Shown: positions 49,114 through 61,162, counted from the stretch's first letter. The stretch: 64,000 bases of DNA from Amphiscolops sp. MND2022 (GCA_964187785.1 OZ076409.1:19842001-19906000), one strand, 5' to 3'. Notes: generated by a model not told the origin, from the sequence alone. Program-made: numbers and translations.

Positions 49114-49187
49114 GGCTGTTAGTCTAGTAGTCAAGATAGTTTGCTTCACAAGCCGGCAAAAGTTGTTTCGAATCCCGCTAAGGTCCA
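49114..49187 (+). pseudogene. Degenerate tRNA-like (SINE head) sequence
   Basis: A-box-like TAGTCTAGTAG and B-box-like GTTTCGAATCC at tRNA spacing; no intact cloverleaf. Confidence 0.45.
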
Positions 49188-49530
49188 ATTTTTTTTCAAT
49201 TTTTCGAGTTCAACTAACCTGATAGCATTTTTGATATAGTTTATGTAACACAAAATCATTCAGATACATCGCACATAAATCGAATAGACCGCGTTTTTTG
49301 TTTTTCACAACTTACCAAGCAGAATACAAGGGTTTGAATCTAACGGATGTCAAACTTTTGCAGAGAAAGCAAAACACAATTCAATTTTTGCTTTCTCAGC
49401 TTTAACGGTCCGCCAGCTTTGAGATGTTTCCATTTTCTTGAACCTAAACTTTAGTGAGAGTACTTTTGTCCAAACAAAAACCCGAGAATTGAAAAAATGT
49501 ATCCAAAAACGGGCTGACTATTCGATTACA

Positions 49531-50109
49531 AGAAATTTCGTCGGAACTTTCGTCGGCAGAAATTTCGTCGTCAGAAATTTCATCGTCGGTGATTACGTTC
49601 TATAAAAGGTTGATTTTTCTATAATCTATTAGGAATCGTCTTATTATTGAGTCTTAATGATAGTCAAGTTTTGATAATTATCTTAATAATTATCGATAAT
49701 TGTGCAATTATTGCTATCATTGACTACTTTTAGTTATGGTTTTGGGAGAAAAACTTTTGGGCCATGTTTCTTATCCCCCAACACGAAGTTGTTTCCACAC
49801 TTAAAGGAAAAATAAGGAAAAGGTAACAGGATTTTTTGACAAATTTCTGACAAAAAAGCACAGATTCACCTGGAACAACCTCAAAGTGTATTGTAAACTG
49901 GTAGGGCTCAAAATATACCATTGCTCAATGAGCGTCTTGATGAGTTAATTGAAAGCAATTATTTTTTTGACTCAATTTTGGTGTCAAATGAAAACTTGTT
50001 CTTGAGATCTCATTTTAATAATTTTCGTGAACGTTTTTAATTCTAATCAATATGACGAAATTTCAGGATTTGCTAATACGACGAAATTTCCTACGACGAA
50101 ATTTCCGCC
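49531..50109. mobile_element. Non-autonomous TIR element with GAAATTTCGTCGT subterminal repeats
   Basis: Repeats at 49531-49590 are inverted relative to 50054-50109; internal sequence is shared in reverse with 62780-62815. Confidence 0.55.
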
Positions 50110-53100
50110 TCCCGAGTATTCTCGCCATTATCAGCATCTTCATCCAATTTACATCCCTTTTGTCGGTTTTGATGTTTAGTTTTCAGAAGTTAACCCACCA
50201 TAGAATTTGTTGAGCAATTCTTACAGCAAAAAATATTGTGCAAAAAACGTATTGTGGTGCTTTCTGCAAAACATATATATTGAATCAGGAAGACCTATCC
50301 TGTTGACTGCTTTATCTTTGATTTTATGCATCATAGATGAAAATACACCGAGACCTTTTTGCCACTGTGTGTTGACAGAATTGAATAGGATGTGTGTAGA
50401 AGTTGCTCACAATTTCTGAACTTTTAGTACAACCGAATTAAATTTCAAAGCCTGAAGGAATTAGCAAAACCCTCCTGGTATTTGTTACTTTGACACTTAG
50501 CAGAATGAACGCATTCTACTTTGCTCTAAAATCCGTCAATTTGCATAAAAACAGAAGCTCTTTCCATATGTCTACGAACTCTTCAAACAATTCGTCCAAT
50601 GTAAATAAAATAAAAACGAATTTTCCATTTTTTTCAATTGCTTTTTTATTAAACCTGTCAAATCTATGATTGAAGGCGGAATATATATGTGTGTGTTTTC
50701 CATGTTTTGTTTCTCATTTTACTTTGAATACCCATAAAAATTTTTCAAACCTGAATTGAATTATTTACTCGATGACTCATCCTCATTTTCTACCTGGTCA
50801 CCTTTGGTGAAATCTTATCAACAACCGGCCCCAAGCATGAACACAATGCGAGTGAAATGGGACAATAGTCCCCGAGGCTCTGTTTATCATCTTGGGCAGT
50901 AGAGTCTTTTCTTACCATGCAATTAGGCAGCCACCATTCAAAGCTTTAATGAGTGGCTCCTGCTTGTGTCTGGGGAGATACAACCAGTTGCTACCATGGT
51001 GCCTTGGTGTAAGCCCCCTGATATAGAGATCTCATTGATGCATGCTATCCCAGCGGCGGGTACTTGGTGCCGATGACTCATGCTGAATTTCCCTCTTTGT
51101 TGACGGAGAGGAAAAGTAATTGAATTTGTCTCTGGTATTCGGGCCAGCAGCCTTACACTGGAGTAAGGTAATTATTACTCAAGTATAAGTACGGGCGTTA
51201 AGTCCTTCTAAATCCTTCCTCCCCCCTCTTGGTCAATCCCACGAGATGTTCCTTAAATTCCTCAAGCCCTCCCTCGTTTTATAACATCCCCGGGTATTAA
51301 GGTGTCAATGGCTATTTCGACCGGTCTCAATTGTCACCCAAATTAGTTTCACTTTCAATTTTTTTCACACTTCCCATCACAAGGATATGAGATATGTACA
51401 TGACAAGCTACGTCAAACAACCAGTTACCATCAATGTCAAAATAATGCTTCTTTTCCCAATTCATTATATTTGGCTCAACCCATTTTCGGTTTCGACTGA
51501 ATTAATTTTACGGTGTATAGATTGCCATAATAGTTTTCCAAATTTGCTCTGTTTTATAGATTTATATCGCTGATCAATTCATTACTTTGGAAAATAAGTG
51601 CGTCATAACAAAATCAGCGGTGTTTTTGGCTGCTTTGATGATATTGAATTAAAAAATTGAACGAAAATAGGGGAATCGATGCTTTATTAAAAGCGAGTTA
51701 TTTACATGAAAACAAAACTTTGCAATGAAAAACAAGAACCAAATGGTAATAGATTAGGATATATTTCTAAGGAAAATAACCCTGTCTGGAAGAAGTTCGA
51801 GAAAAGCTATCAAATTAGATTATATCACAATAGAAAACCTTTTCTGGCACGTTCACTGGGCTGTTCTTTTCTCAATTCAAACAGAATTTTGACGAAATCT
51901 GTTCAGTTGTTTATAATGAACGGGTGCCTTTAGGCTGTAGAATATTTTGAAAGTTGGAGCGAACATTTTGAGAATACGACCTAATCAAAACTGTGGGATT
52001 TAAAACTTTGAGACGCACCTTTTAGTGGATGTTTTGATTAAGCAAGAATGGATCTGCTGAACAAAATTGCAGTGTACTATTGGAGAGAAAGTTTGGTTAT
52101 CGTTTGCATGTCGACAATAGCTGTGTGTATACAGTTGCGGCTTGAATTATGTTGAAACTGTTCAAACAGTTAACCCGTTGGAAGTACATATGGAAAAGAA
52201 AACATAATTTGAGCGTTATTTTGTTTTCCAAGAAACAAAAGAGATTTTAAGACTTCGTAATAAGTTCAAACCGATTCATAACATTGGTCATTCTTTGCAT
52301 TTTTCGAATTTCTGAATTTTCTTCGGAGGTGAGAAAGCGAGAATTATAGAACCCAATATTAACTTTTATGAACTCACGCTTTATCGTACAAAAACGAACT
52401 CATAAACTATTTTTTTGCCATTAACTTCCAATTTAAAAAAAATCACCGGAAAGTACAGAACTGTGGCTTTTCCGGTTCCGGCACAAACTCGACTTGCAAA
52501 AAAAAACAACTTTTTTTTCTATCATCTGTACTCCATGAACAATTTCAAAAAGTTTTTTTTGACTGTGTAAGGAGATTTTGTGAGCAAGCGCGGCAAAAAT
52601 TGCTCAACGGAAAAATGAAAAGTTAAGGGTTTACTAGAAATGTTCGTTTTTATTGTCAACTATCTAGTGCAACTTGGAAACAAGCGTAAAACTAAGCTTA
52701 ACTAAACGAACAACTTTATGGGATGGTGAAATTCACAATTGAATACAGATTGAACACAGCGTGAAGAAATACGAAGCTGCCAAAAATCGCGATTGATTTT
52801 GTAAGTCAGTGTCTTATTGTTGAACTTCGCCTTCAAAAAAACTAGACCTTGCAATTTTTGCAGTATTAGTCAAAAAAATCTAGCTGTACAGTTGATCGAT
52901 TCAGAAAAACGATCTTGAGAAAAAAATTTGAGCAAAGTATGATAACGTCATTTTTTTGCTCAAAATTTTTTTCTTAAGATCGTTTTTCTGAATCGACCAA
53001 CTAAAAATATTCGAAGCTCTGTAAAAATCAGAGAAATTGTCTTATTATTATTTTCCGCCCAGATATAATGGGGGAGGAAAATCATGATCTGTGTGGCGTT

Positions 53101-53184
53101 TTTTTTCAAATTCTGCCAAATCTCCTCCCAGTTTCTCCCCATCGACTTCACTTGACTATTTATTACTTGATTATTTTAGTTATT

Positions 53185-53245
53185 TGGTAGCGCAGTTAGC
53201 AATGCGTCTGCCTGGCAGACACGAGGTCTTGGGTTCGAACCCGGG
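53185..53245 (+). pseudogene. tRNA-derived head within a dispersed repeat (family also at about 1850-2110)
   Basis: TAGCGCAGTTAG..GGGTTCGAACCC. Flanks 53050-53125 and 53259-53275 match 1857-1931 and 2094-2108. Confidence 0.5.
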
Positions 53246-53289
53246 AATTTTTAGCGGTGCTTAGCGGGCGTCTTGTTTAAATTACAGTG

Positions 53290-53800
53290 TTCCATTCCAG
53301 AGTACCTGATGCAACCATTGATGTGAAAATTCGCGCCCTTGCATATAGCGGCAATCCTGTACATCCACGTACATCGTGTGCCCTTTCTCTATCTTCCTTC
53401 TGATCGCGAAATGCATCAATTGAAATTGGCCCATTCCGTATAAACAATGGGCGTATTGAAGCGCTTGAAGTCGAGCAACTGATCAACGAACAGCTTTCAC
53501 TTTGCCTTCACAATCTCTCAATCAGCAAATTCCGGCCTCTTGAGGCTTTTTTTCCAAAGCCAAAAACAGGTCATTCAGATATTGCCGCTTATACTCCTTT
53601 GAAACATTCAGTTCGAAAAATCGGTATACCTTAACGACTATTCCAGCGAAGATGATTTGGCCGTTGTTTTTTATGCACTTCACGTTGCAATTGACGTAAT
53701 TCTCTTGAAATTTTCTATCGGAGACCGTTTTGTTCTTTATGATAAGCTCTTCTTTTGACTGCGAGCATCTGACTCCGAGATCGACCGTGGTCAATGTTAT
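53290..53800 (-). pseudogene. Probable IS630/Tc1-superfamily transposase relic
   Basis: Frame with stops reads KLFVDQLL..PIVYTEWANFN..SRSEG..KGTR..GANFHINGCI, resembling the first-Asp region of DDE_3 transposases. Confidence 0.4.
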
Positions 53801-55024
53801 CATGAGCAGCTATGATCTGTTATTTGAATTCAAATCTTCTGGGAATTTGTCAGTTTGTGCGGAGTATACATGTTTTAAATTTTTTTGGACCGTGAACCGT
53901 TGAAATAGTTTTGATATAAAGTTGTATGAAATGGAGTTTTTATTCACATTTCGCATTTGTTTATTCTCAACTTGAGTTTGGTTATTTTAATATTGAACTT
54001 GGAAAGGTGTAGTTGCTTCGAGGAACTGATTGAAAAGTTCGGAAAAAAACCAAACGTTCAGAAATGGGATGTCGTTTTTGCTTTTGAAACTTTTTGATAC
54101 GTCTGATATAGTGAAAATTTGGCGCTATTGGTCTTTGTGTTTTTAGCAAATGCACATTCAAGAAACTAAAACTATTGCTTTTGGACAAAAAACCCTTCGA
54201 GGACCGCCATGTCATGCTTCAACAAAAACTTCCAGCTTTCTCGTACGAAGTTTTTTCCATTGCAGTAAGTATTAAATTTCCGTTTCATAAAAAACTCTGC
54301 TTCAAAACTTTTTTTACAAATTTTTGCTTGAAGGAAATGAAGTTGAAACGAACATGCTGAGAAGCAATTATACTTATGTTTCACAGTAAAAAGGCGGAGT
54401 TTGTTTAACTGGGATTGCAATTGTCAAATCTCTTGACGCTGAGTGAAGGAGAAGCTTAAGATAAGCACTGCAAAAAATGTTTCGAAAGATGCAGTTTTCC
54501 TTTAAAGGAAATATTAACAAATCTGACAGACTTCGTTTGAAGCAAAGAGTGGAGGAGAAATTAGAAGTGTGTAAAGCTAAATCAAATCTGTCAAGGCTGA
54601 TTACGCCTCTTGAAGAGACGTTGAATATACAAAGTACATCAACAAAAAAGCCACTTAAGATTCCGGGGAGTACGTTAATGGAATTTACAAACGTGCACAA
54701 AAAAATTCCTTAAAATTTTGAGTTTGCTATTTAGATTATGAAATCGCACCAAAAGGAAATAGTATCAGAAACACCGTAAATGCGACAGCTTTTGTTCTGA
54801 TTGGATTCATTTCGCCTGATGCTTTCTTCTATCACTTGCATTTACAAAATGATGAAAGAAAAACGTTCAGTTTTTATCAAGTATTCATCAAAGAAATGCA
54901 TCAAATTTTGAAACAGTTGGCCATGAATGGGGGACATTAGATAATTGTAAAGATAACCAAAAACAGGCACTCTTATCTGTCAAAAATGTAGATATTACCC
55001 TATGTCCTATTTCGGTAAAATATA

Positions 55025-55183
55025 ACAAGACGGGAACGTCTCAAGTCGGCGCCTATTCTTTAGATCTTATAACATCTTAAGTTAGTAGATCAGCGTATAA
55101 GTTAGTAGATTGTGAGATGATCATTCAGAAAGGAAATTGACACTGTAAGAGTCGGGAATTTTTTGTTACAAAAAGCGCCGACT
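55025..55183 (-). mobile_element. Minimal 159-bp HINE-like element
   Basis: Both family ends intact (ACAAGACGGGAACGTCTCAAGTCGGCGCC; CACTGTAAGAGTCGGG..GCGCCGACT|AAAA) with an unrelated short interior. Confidence 0.75.
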
Positions 55184-55514
55184 AAAAATGAACGAGGAAA
55201 TATAATTTCCTTCCTACATTTTTTGATTTTTTTTGCAGAAAATTTAGCAAAATATGGTGAAAAATCACAGTTTGAAAACGTACGTGGCTCGAGCTTGAAT
55301 TTCTAATGATCTTAGCATCTGAAAAATTTGTTACTTGAGCCAAAAGCAGATTGACAATGAGTATTAATTTGAAAAACTTGAACTTCCTTAGTTTAACTTT
55401 CAGAGACTTTTGCCAAAATTTTGGCAGGCTTTTCATCCAAGATCTTTCAAGACAATGTATTTTCTGGCAGGCAACTTGAAAGATCTTGCCTGAAAATTTC
55501 TGATCCTAAAAGAT

Positions 55515-55705
55515 TGTAGAGGAGAGTGCTCCTATTAGTCTAGACAGTGTTACCAAATACCTGTCACGAACTTTAAAGGACACTAGTTTGTACTATTTAG
55601 TTGATGCTATCTTTTAGTTTGCATACAGTTGACCTATACATTGTATCGCTACCTCTTAATCTTAACTTGAGCATCCAACCTTAATCTCTTATCGAGTCTA
55701 CAACA
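55515..55705 (+). repeat. 5' LTR
   Basis: TGTAGAGG..CTACAACA, identical to 61163-61353. Confidence 0.97.
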
Positions 55706-55716
55706 TGGCGCAGTCA
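55706..55716 (+). promoter_or_regulatory. Primer-binding site (tRNA-Ser-like)
   Basis: TGGCGCAGTCA directly after the LTR, also present at 14750; complementary to a ..GACUGCGCCA tRNA 3' end. The Ser assignment is from memory. Confidence 0.75.
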
Positions 55717-55743
55717 TAGAAGAAAGAACCAGAAGAAGAATCA

Positions 55744-58700
55744 ATGGAAAACACCAGTGGATCCGACCCAACAGCGGTCAATCAAACGACAGTCGAGAGG
55801 ACTGAGAAAAACAAATACAAAATTCCAATCCTATCAGATAGAGAAACCGATCTATCGAAAGCAAACCCCAAGATGTGGTGGGAACAAATATCAGAATACA
55901 TAGACCTAACATACCAAAAGAAACTGGAAGAATTGTTAGAAAACGGAACCGACTCCATCGATCCACATACAACATACCACATCAAAGGCGATGTCATATG
56001 GGCTCTGGGCCCGAAGGCAAAACACGAGATCATGAGGGGCCAATGGGGAAAAGAGCTCAAGGACATTAGTTTACAAGAACTGCTGAAACTGTTCAAAAAG
56101 ACCTTCCTACCCGCAAGAAACATATTTCATAGCCGTGCCCAATTCTTTAACATCAAACAAGAAGAGGGCGAAACACTGGACGAGTACTGGAAGAAATTAG
56201 TAGACATAGAGAGAAAGTGCGAATTCAGTAACATCACACCCGAAGACATAATTACCTACAAATTTGCAGCGTCCATAAATGACAAAAAAGCCCGTGACAA
56301 ATTCATCAAAGGTCCCCTGAAACTGCAACTGGTATTGGAGACGATCGAACTAGACAACTACAATCGTAAATACGGGGACAAGCCATCACATTCCAAGAGA
56401 CAACGAAAGAATTCTTCAGAAAATACATCCGAAGACGAACAAGTCGGGTACACCAAACCGGCAGCGAAACGAAAAAACACATTCGCCGGTAAGAAGAAGA
56501 ATTCAGAACAAAACTGCCATTTCTGCGGAAAGTCAAACTGGACACCCGAGCACATTTGCCCGGCACGGAAAGCTAAATGCAACAACTGCAAGAAATCCGG
56601 ACACTTTGCCAAGGTTTGCCGATCAAAGACCGTGAATTTGGTACACGAAGAAACAACGGACGGCAGCACGGAATCATGGCCAGAAATCGACCATATTCAA
56701 TCCGTGAACGGAATAAACCGCGTAGATTTCTACAAAGCAATCCTATTGGTGGAGGGGCAGCCAATAGAATTTGTCATTGATACCGGCTCACCCGTGACGA
56801 TAATTCCACCGATTATTAATCCAGAAGGGATTAAACAAACCACAAAGTGCTTCGTAGACGTAAATAAAAATCCCATCAAATTTAGAGGCGAGGCGATAGT
56901 TGAGGTCAAGACCGAGAAAACACAAGTGACACTGCCCATACTAATTACGGAGAAGAAGAATACACAACCCTTACTGGGACTGGACTGGCTCGACAAACTG
57001 GAAATTGGGTTACAGGGGAGCCGAGAAACAAATATCATCAGAAACATATCCACAAACGGTAAAGGTGAGAGAATCTTTGAAGATTTCGGAAAACTTTTCA
57101 AAACAAATCACACGATAAAAGATCTAACTATAGAAATTCAACTGAAAAAAGACGCAAAACCGATACAACAAAAGGGAAGACCGGTGCCAATACATTTTCA
57201 AAAAATAGTGAAAGATGAACTAGATAAACTCATCGAAAAGGGGCACCTAGAAAAAGCAGACAAGACAACTGAAAATTGTTTCGTTTCACCGGCGGTTATA
57301 ACAATTAAAAAAGATAAATCGGTGAAAATCGCGTTAGACTCCCGGAAATTGAACGAATCGTGTATAAAACGAAAAGCAACCATGCCCAACATGGAGGAAT
57401 TAATCAGTCAAATTTCCGCGAAAATCACACAAAGCGACGGCGAAATTTGGATGTCCAAAATCGATTTAGATTATGCGTACGGACAAGCCAAGTTATCCGC
57501 TGAAGCGTCGAGACACTGCGTATTCTCCATCATTGGTGGAGAATTCACCGGACACTACCGGTTCAAGAAAGGTTTTTATGGACTCGCGGACATTCCAACG
57601 GTGTTTCAAGAGCACATAGATAAGGTCTTAGAGTTTAAGACACCGGTATGGTTAGATGACATCATTTGCGTCACAAACGGAACAATAGAAGAACACGAAC
57701 GGGAATTGCGCGAAGTGTTAACAAAACTACAAGAAGCCGGCTACCGAGCGAGCGAAAGAAAAACAGAACTGTTCAAAAAAGAACTAACCTGGTTGGGATA
57801 CTTGATAAATCAGAACGGAGTAAAACCAATCCAGGATAAAACTGATGCGATCACAAAGTTAAAAGCTCCCACGAACACGAAAGAATTAAAATCATTCCTT
57901 GGCTCAATACAACATCTGTCAAAATTTTTAAATAACTTGTCGAAAAAGACCGATCGAATGCGAAAACTACTCAAGAAAGACGTAAAATGGGAATGGACAA
58001 AAGAGATAAATGACGATTTCGAACAGCTAAAGAAAGAAATAACTGAAGCACCGTGTCTAGCACATTTTGATCCGAAGAAGGACAATTTTATAACAACAGA
58101 CGCTTGTAACACCGGACTAGGGGCAACCCTATGGCAAAAAGAAAACGGGGCGTTTAGACCGGTCGCGTTCGCAAGTCGATTCCTCACCGATTGTGAGAGA
58201 AAATACGCCATAAATGAGCTAGAATTACTAGGCGTACTCTGGGGCCTCGAGTACTTCCGATATTACGTATACGGCAAACGGATAAACCTCTTGACCGATC
58301 ACCAAGCACTACAACCACTATTGAAACGAAATAGAGCGCATAAACAATACAGCGCAAGACTCACTAGATGGTTAGACCGACTAAGCCATTTCGATGTGAA
58401 TGTGCAGTATACAGCCGGCAAAAACATCCCATTAACGGATTATCTGAGCCGACATCCAATTGTCAACGAACTCGGAACGGAAGAACTTAACGCAAACGAA
58501 GAAAAAGAAGCCGAAGAGGAGTTCGTAATCAATCAGATATACGGCTTATTTGAGTTTAACCGAACGAACGGCAGTATTACGCAATACATCAAACGACCAC
58601 ACTCGGCAACGAATTCCAGCCAATCACAATGCCGCGCGCGAACACGTGAACAGAACAGCCGCGAACGATCAAATCAAACTTTCTCATCGTCAGATAACAC

Positions 58701-60933
58701 CGAATTAATCGACAATTCAAAACACCTATCTAAATTAACTGAAATGTCTAAATTGGAAAAAGTTAATGGAATTGATTTACAATTCATCTTCAAAAAACGC
58801 GGACATTCCCCGGAAACCGGCAGACTGAGGACGGAGAGGTTAAAATTATTGCAGCCAAATAAATCCCGGATCGTAGGCAAAGGTAGCGAGAACGAACGAA
58901 TCCAGGACTACCGCCCGACACAACAAGAGAGAAAAGAAATCGAGAGGATAAATATCCTGATCTACAATCGATTTTTCAATTACTGTGAAACCATCGGGAC
59001 AACACCACTGAAGGAGTTCAACGAAAATGTGCACGAGTCCTGGATCAGCAACCCCTCAGACAACGAGAGCCAAGTTAGCCATCTGAAAACTGAGAAATGC
59101 CCAATCAGTGTCCTGAAAAAGTTTAAAAGACACGAAAGTGTAAACTTGATCCGACTAAAACAGACCGCAAAGTTGAATACACTACCCGAAGACAGGAACC
59201 AAAAGACAGCCGAAACAATTCGGAGAGCAGAAAAGGACTTCGCATTAGATTTGCCACTGCTGGTGGAAGAGACGGCACAAGATACGAAGATATTGGACGC
59301 CATAATTGCACTGGAGGCCGGCAGAGCGGAAGATCTATTCTATCCTTATCGTCCCCACCGAGAACATTTAGGGACACGATTTGGGCTGCTCTTTCACAAC
59401 GATCGAATCGTTATTCCGGAAACAATGCGCTCAACAATCATAGCGATGTTACACAGCGGCCACGTATCCGTCACAAAGATGGACAAATCAGCAGAGGCGT
59501 TCTGGTGGCCCGGATTACACCGAGAAATCAGAGAAAAGGCGGAGACCTGCCCGAGTTGCCGAACAGCAGGTAAGAATCTAAAAACACAAATTCCGCAAAC
59601 GGAGGTAAATAGACTCGAAATTTTAACCGAACCGGGCCAGGAAATCCAACTAGATTTTGCGGGTCCGATAAAATCGAAATCACGCGGAGACGTTTACATT
59701 TTAGTCGCGGTCGACCGTTTTAGCAAATGGCCAACGGCTCAAATTTGTAAGAGAACGGACTCCCGGACCGTAATAAAGTTTTTAACAAAATATTGTGCCG
59801 ACAACGGAACACCGAGAACAATACGTACCGATAACGGCAGTTGTTTCAAAAGCCAAGAGTTTAAAATTTACTGTAAAGGCGAAAATATAAAAAGGATACG
59901 TAGTACTCCAAATTTACACACAGGAACCGGATTGGTTGAAAGAACCATACGCACAATCAAATCACTGACCAGAGCCAACTTGGAAGACGGCTTAACTTTT
60001 GAAGAAAGCGTCACAAGAGCAATTAAAACAATTAGACAAACCATGCATAGCACACTTAAAATGACGCCTTTCCAATTACATTACGGCCGTAAACCGCGCA
60101 CACCAATAACAAATCTAATTGGACAGCCCACCTGCCTATTAACTGACTGGAAGAAAACAATAACTAACTACATTTTAGCCCAACCTGCAGAATTACAAGT
60201 CTACACCATACAAGACTCAGATGGGGAATTGGCCGACTATCTGGTCTTGAACGAGTCGAGGAAGAGAGGTAGATCGGTAAGCGGTGATTTTAAAAACTAT
60301 AAATTTTTTGAAACCAAGCCGAATGCAATGAAACGCCGGTTCAAAACCGATAAAATTTTAACCGCAGCCAAAGAAACTAAGCACACCATAACAACAACTG
60401 AGGGAAAACTAATTCATAAGAAATTGGCATCTAAACCTCTAAAATTTCAGCCATCAAAGAAGCCAGATGAAACACGAAAACCAACAACGAGATGCAAAAG
60501 GTGCGGCCGCTTCAGTAACGGAGACCTATATGACACCCACAAACGGCTGTACCACAAACAAGACGACCAGAAAAAGCCAACATCGGCCATGACTTTCCCA
60601 ACAATGCCGGCTGAACGACCGAAGATAATACCAGATATCACTACGATATCAACCGACAGCCAGTCAGATCATACCGAGGAGTTACCGTCCACGGCAGATA
60701 TTGATCCCGAGCTGACCGTAACCGCGGACATAAGGTATGCCAACGGACAGCCGGAGGAACAAAAGGCCACGGATACCCCTGCAATTTCTTCGCCGATCGG
60801 ATGCAGCACCGAACGAGTCCCGAAACGGAAAACAGCAGGACGTGACGGTACCCCCACCGGATCTCCCAACAAAACAAACAGCCCAGCCAAGAGAGGTTTA
60901 GTAGATTTTGGCTTAGAAAGGGGGGAAATATAG
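55744..60933 (+). CDS. Single-ORF Gag-Pol polyprotein (gag with 2 zinc knuckles, protease, RT, RNase H, integrase), 1729 aa
   Basis: CHFC..HIC and CNNCKKSGHFAKVC; IDTGS; SKIDLDYAYGQ; WLDD; TTDAC..ELELL..TDHQAL..DYLSR; HSGH..CPSC; LDFAGP..VDRFSK..TDNG..ERTIR. Confidence 0.97.
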   Translation: MENTSGSDPTAVNQTTVERTEKNKYKIPILSDRETDLSKANPKMWWEQISEYIDLTYQKKLEELLENGTDSIDPHTTYHIKGDVIWALGPKAKHEIMRGQWGKELKDISLQELLKLFKKTFLPARNIFHSRAQFFNIKQEEGETLDEYWKKLVDIERKCEFSNITPEDIITYKFAASINDKKARDKFIKGPLKLQLVLETIELDNYNRKYGDKPSHSKRQRKNSSENTSEDEQVGYTKPAAKRKNTFAGKKKNSEQNCHFCGKSNWTPEHICPARKAKCNNCKKSGHFAKVCRSKTVNLVHEETTDGSTESWPEIDHIQSVNGINRVDFYKAILLVEGQPIEFVIDTGSPVTIIPPIINPEGIKQTTKCFVDVNKNPIKFRGEAIVEVKTEKTQVTLPILITEKKNTQPLLGLDWLDKLEIGLQGSRETNIIRNISTNGKGERIFEDFGKLFKTNHTIKDLTIEIQLKKDAKPIQQKGRPVPIHFQKIVKDELDKLIEKGHLEKADKTTENCFVSPAVITIKKDKSVKIALDSRKLNESCIKRKATMPNMEELISQISAKITQSDGEIWMSKIDLDYAYGQAKLSAEASRHCVFSIIGGEFTGHYRFKKGFYGLADIPTVFQEHIDKVLEFKTPVWLDDIICVTNGTIEEHERELREVLTKLQEAGYRASERKTELFKKELTWLGYLINQNGVKPIQDKTDAITKLKAPTNTKELKSFLGSIQHLSKFLNNLSKKTDRMRKLLKKDVKWEWTKEINDDFEQLKKEITEAPCLAHFDPKKDNFITTDACNTGLGATLWQKENGAFRPVAFASRFLTDCERKYAINELELLGVLWGLEYFRYYVYGKRINLLTDHQALQPLLKRNRAHKQYSARLTRWLDRLSHFDVNVQYTAGKNIPLTDYLSRHPIVNELGTEELNANEEKEAEEEFVINQIYGLFEFNRTNGSITQYIKRPHSATNSSQSQCRARTREQNSRERSNQTFSSSDNTELIDNSKHLSKLTEMSKLEKVNGIDLQFIFKKRGHSPETGRLRTERLKLLQPNKSRIVGKGSENERIQDYRPTQQERKEIERINILIYNRFFNYCETIGTTPLKEFNENVHESWISNPSDNESQVSHLKTEKCPISVLKKFKRHESVNLIRLKQTAKLNTLPEDRNQKTAETIRRAEKDFALDLPLLVEETAQDTKILDAIIALEAGRAEDLFYPYRPHREHLGTRFGLLFHNDRIVIPETMRSTIIAMLHSGHVSVTKMDKSAEAFWWPGLHREIREKAETCPSCRTAGKNLKTQIPQTEVNRLEILTEPGQEIQLDFAGPIKSKSRGDVYILVAVDRFSKWPTAQICKRTDSRTVIKFLTKYCADNGTPRTIRTDNGSCFKSQEFKIYCKGENIKRIRSTPNLHTGTGLVERTIRTIKSLTRANLEDGLTFEESVTRAIKTIRQTMHSTLKMTPFQLHYGRKPRTPITNLIGQPTCLLTDWKKTITNYILAQPAELQVYTIQDSDGELADYLVLNESRKRGRSVSGDFKNYKFFETKPNAMKRRFKTDKILTAAKETKHTITTTEGKLIHKKLASKPLKFQPSKKPDETRKPTTRCKRCGRFSNGDLYDTHKRLYHKQDDQKKPTSAMTFPTMPAERPKIIPDITTISTDSQSDHTEELPSTADIDPELTVTADIRYANGQPEEQKATDTPAISSPIGCSTERVPKRKTAGRDGTPTGSPNKTNSPAKRGLVDFGLERGEI

Positions 60934-61149
60934 AGAACATAGAGGGAGATGGGGGGGTACGTAGATCAAATAGAATTAAAACAGCTAAGAGGGTCGTAAA
61001 AATGGGCGGGATCGAATACTTTTAACAAACTTAAAGTAATTCCAGATCCAAAGCAACAACAGCAGAAGAAAGTGATCCACTTTACTCGGAACAGCCCACA
61101 GCCATCCGACACCCCGAAGCCTGATGGACAGAAAAGAACCCTCAAACCC

Positions 61150-61162
61150 GAGGAGGGGGGAG
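61150..61162 (+). promoter_or_regulatory. Polypurine tract
   Basis: GAGGAGGGGGGAG abutting the 3' LTR. Confidence 0.9.

Noticed and set aside
49316..49443. Extra minus-strand SOCS exon (TTTAG..GTAAG)
   Set aside because: Stops in all frames, and the two SH2 exons already join seamlessly.
55778..60940. Antisense and alternate-frame ORFs over the gypsy pol (and over BEL pol)
   Set aside because: Short shadow ORFs expected from codon bias; no motifs.
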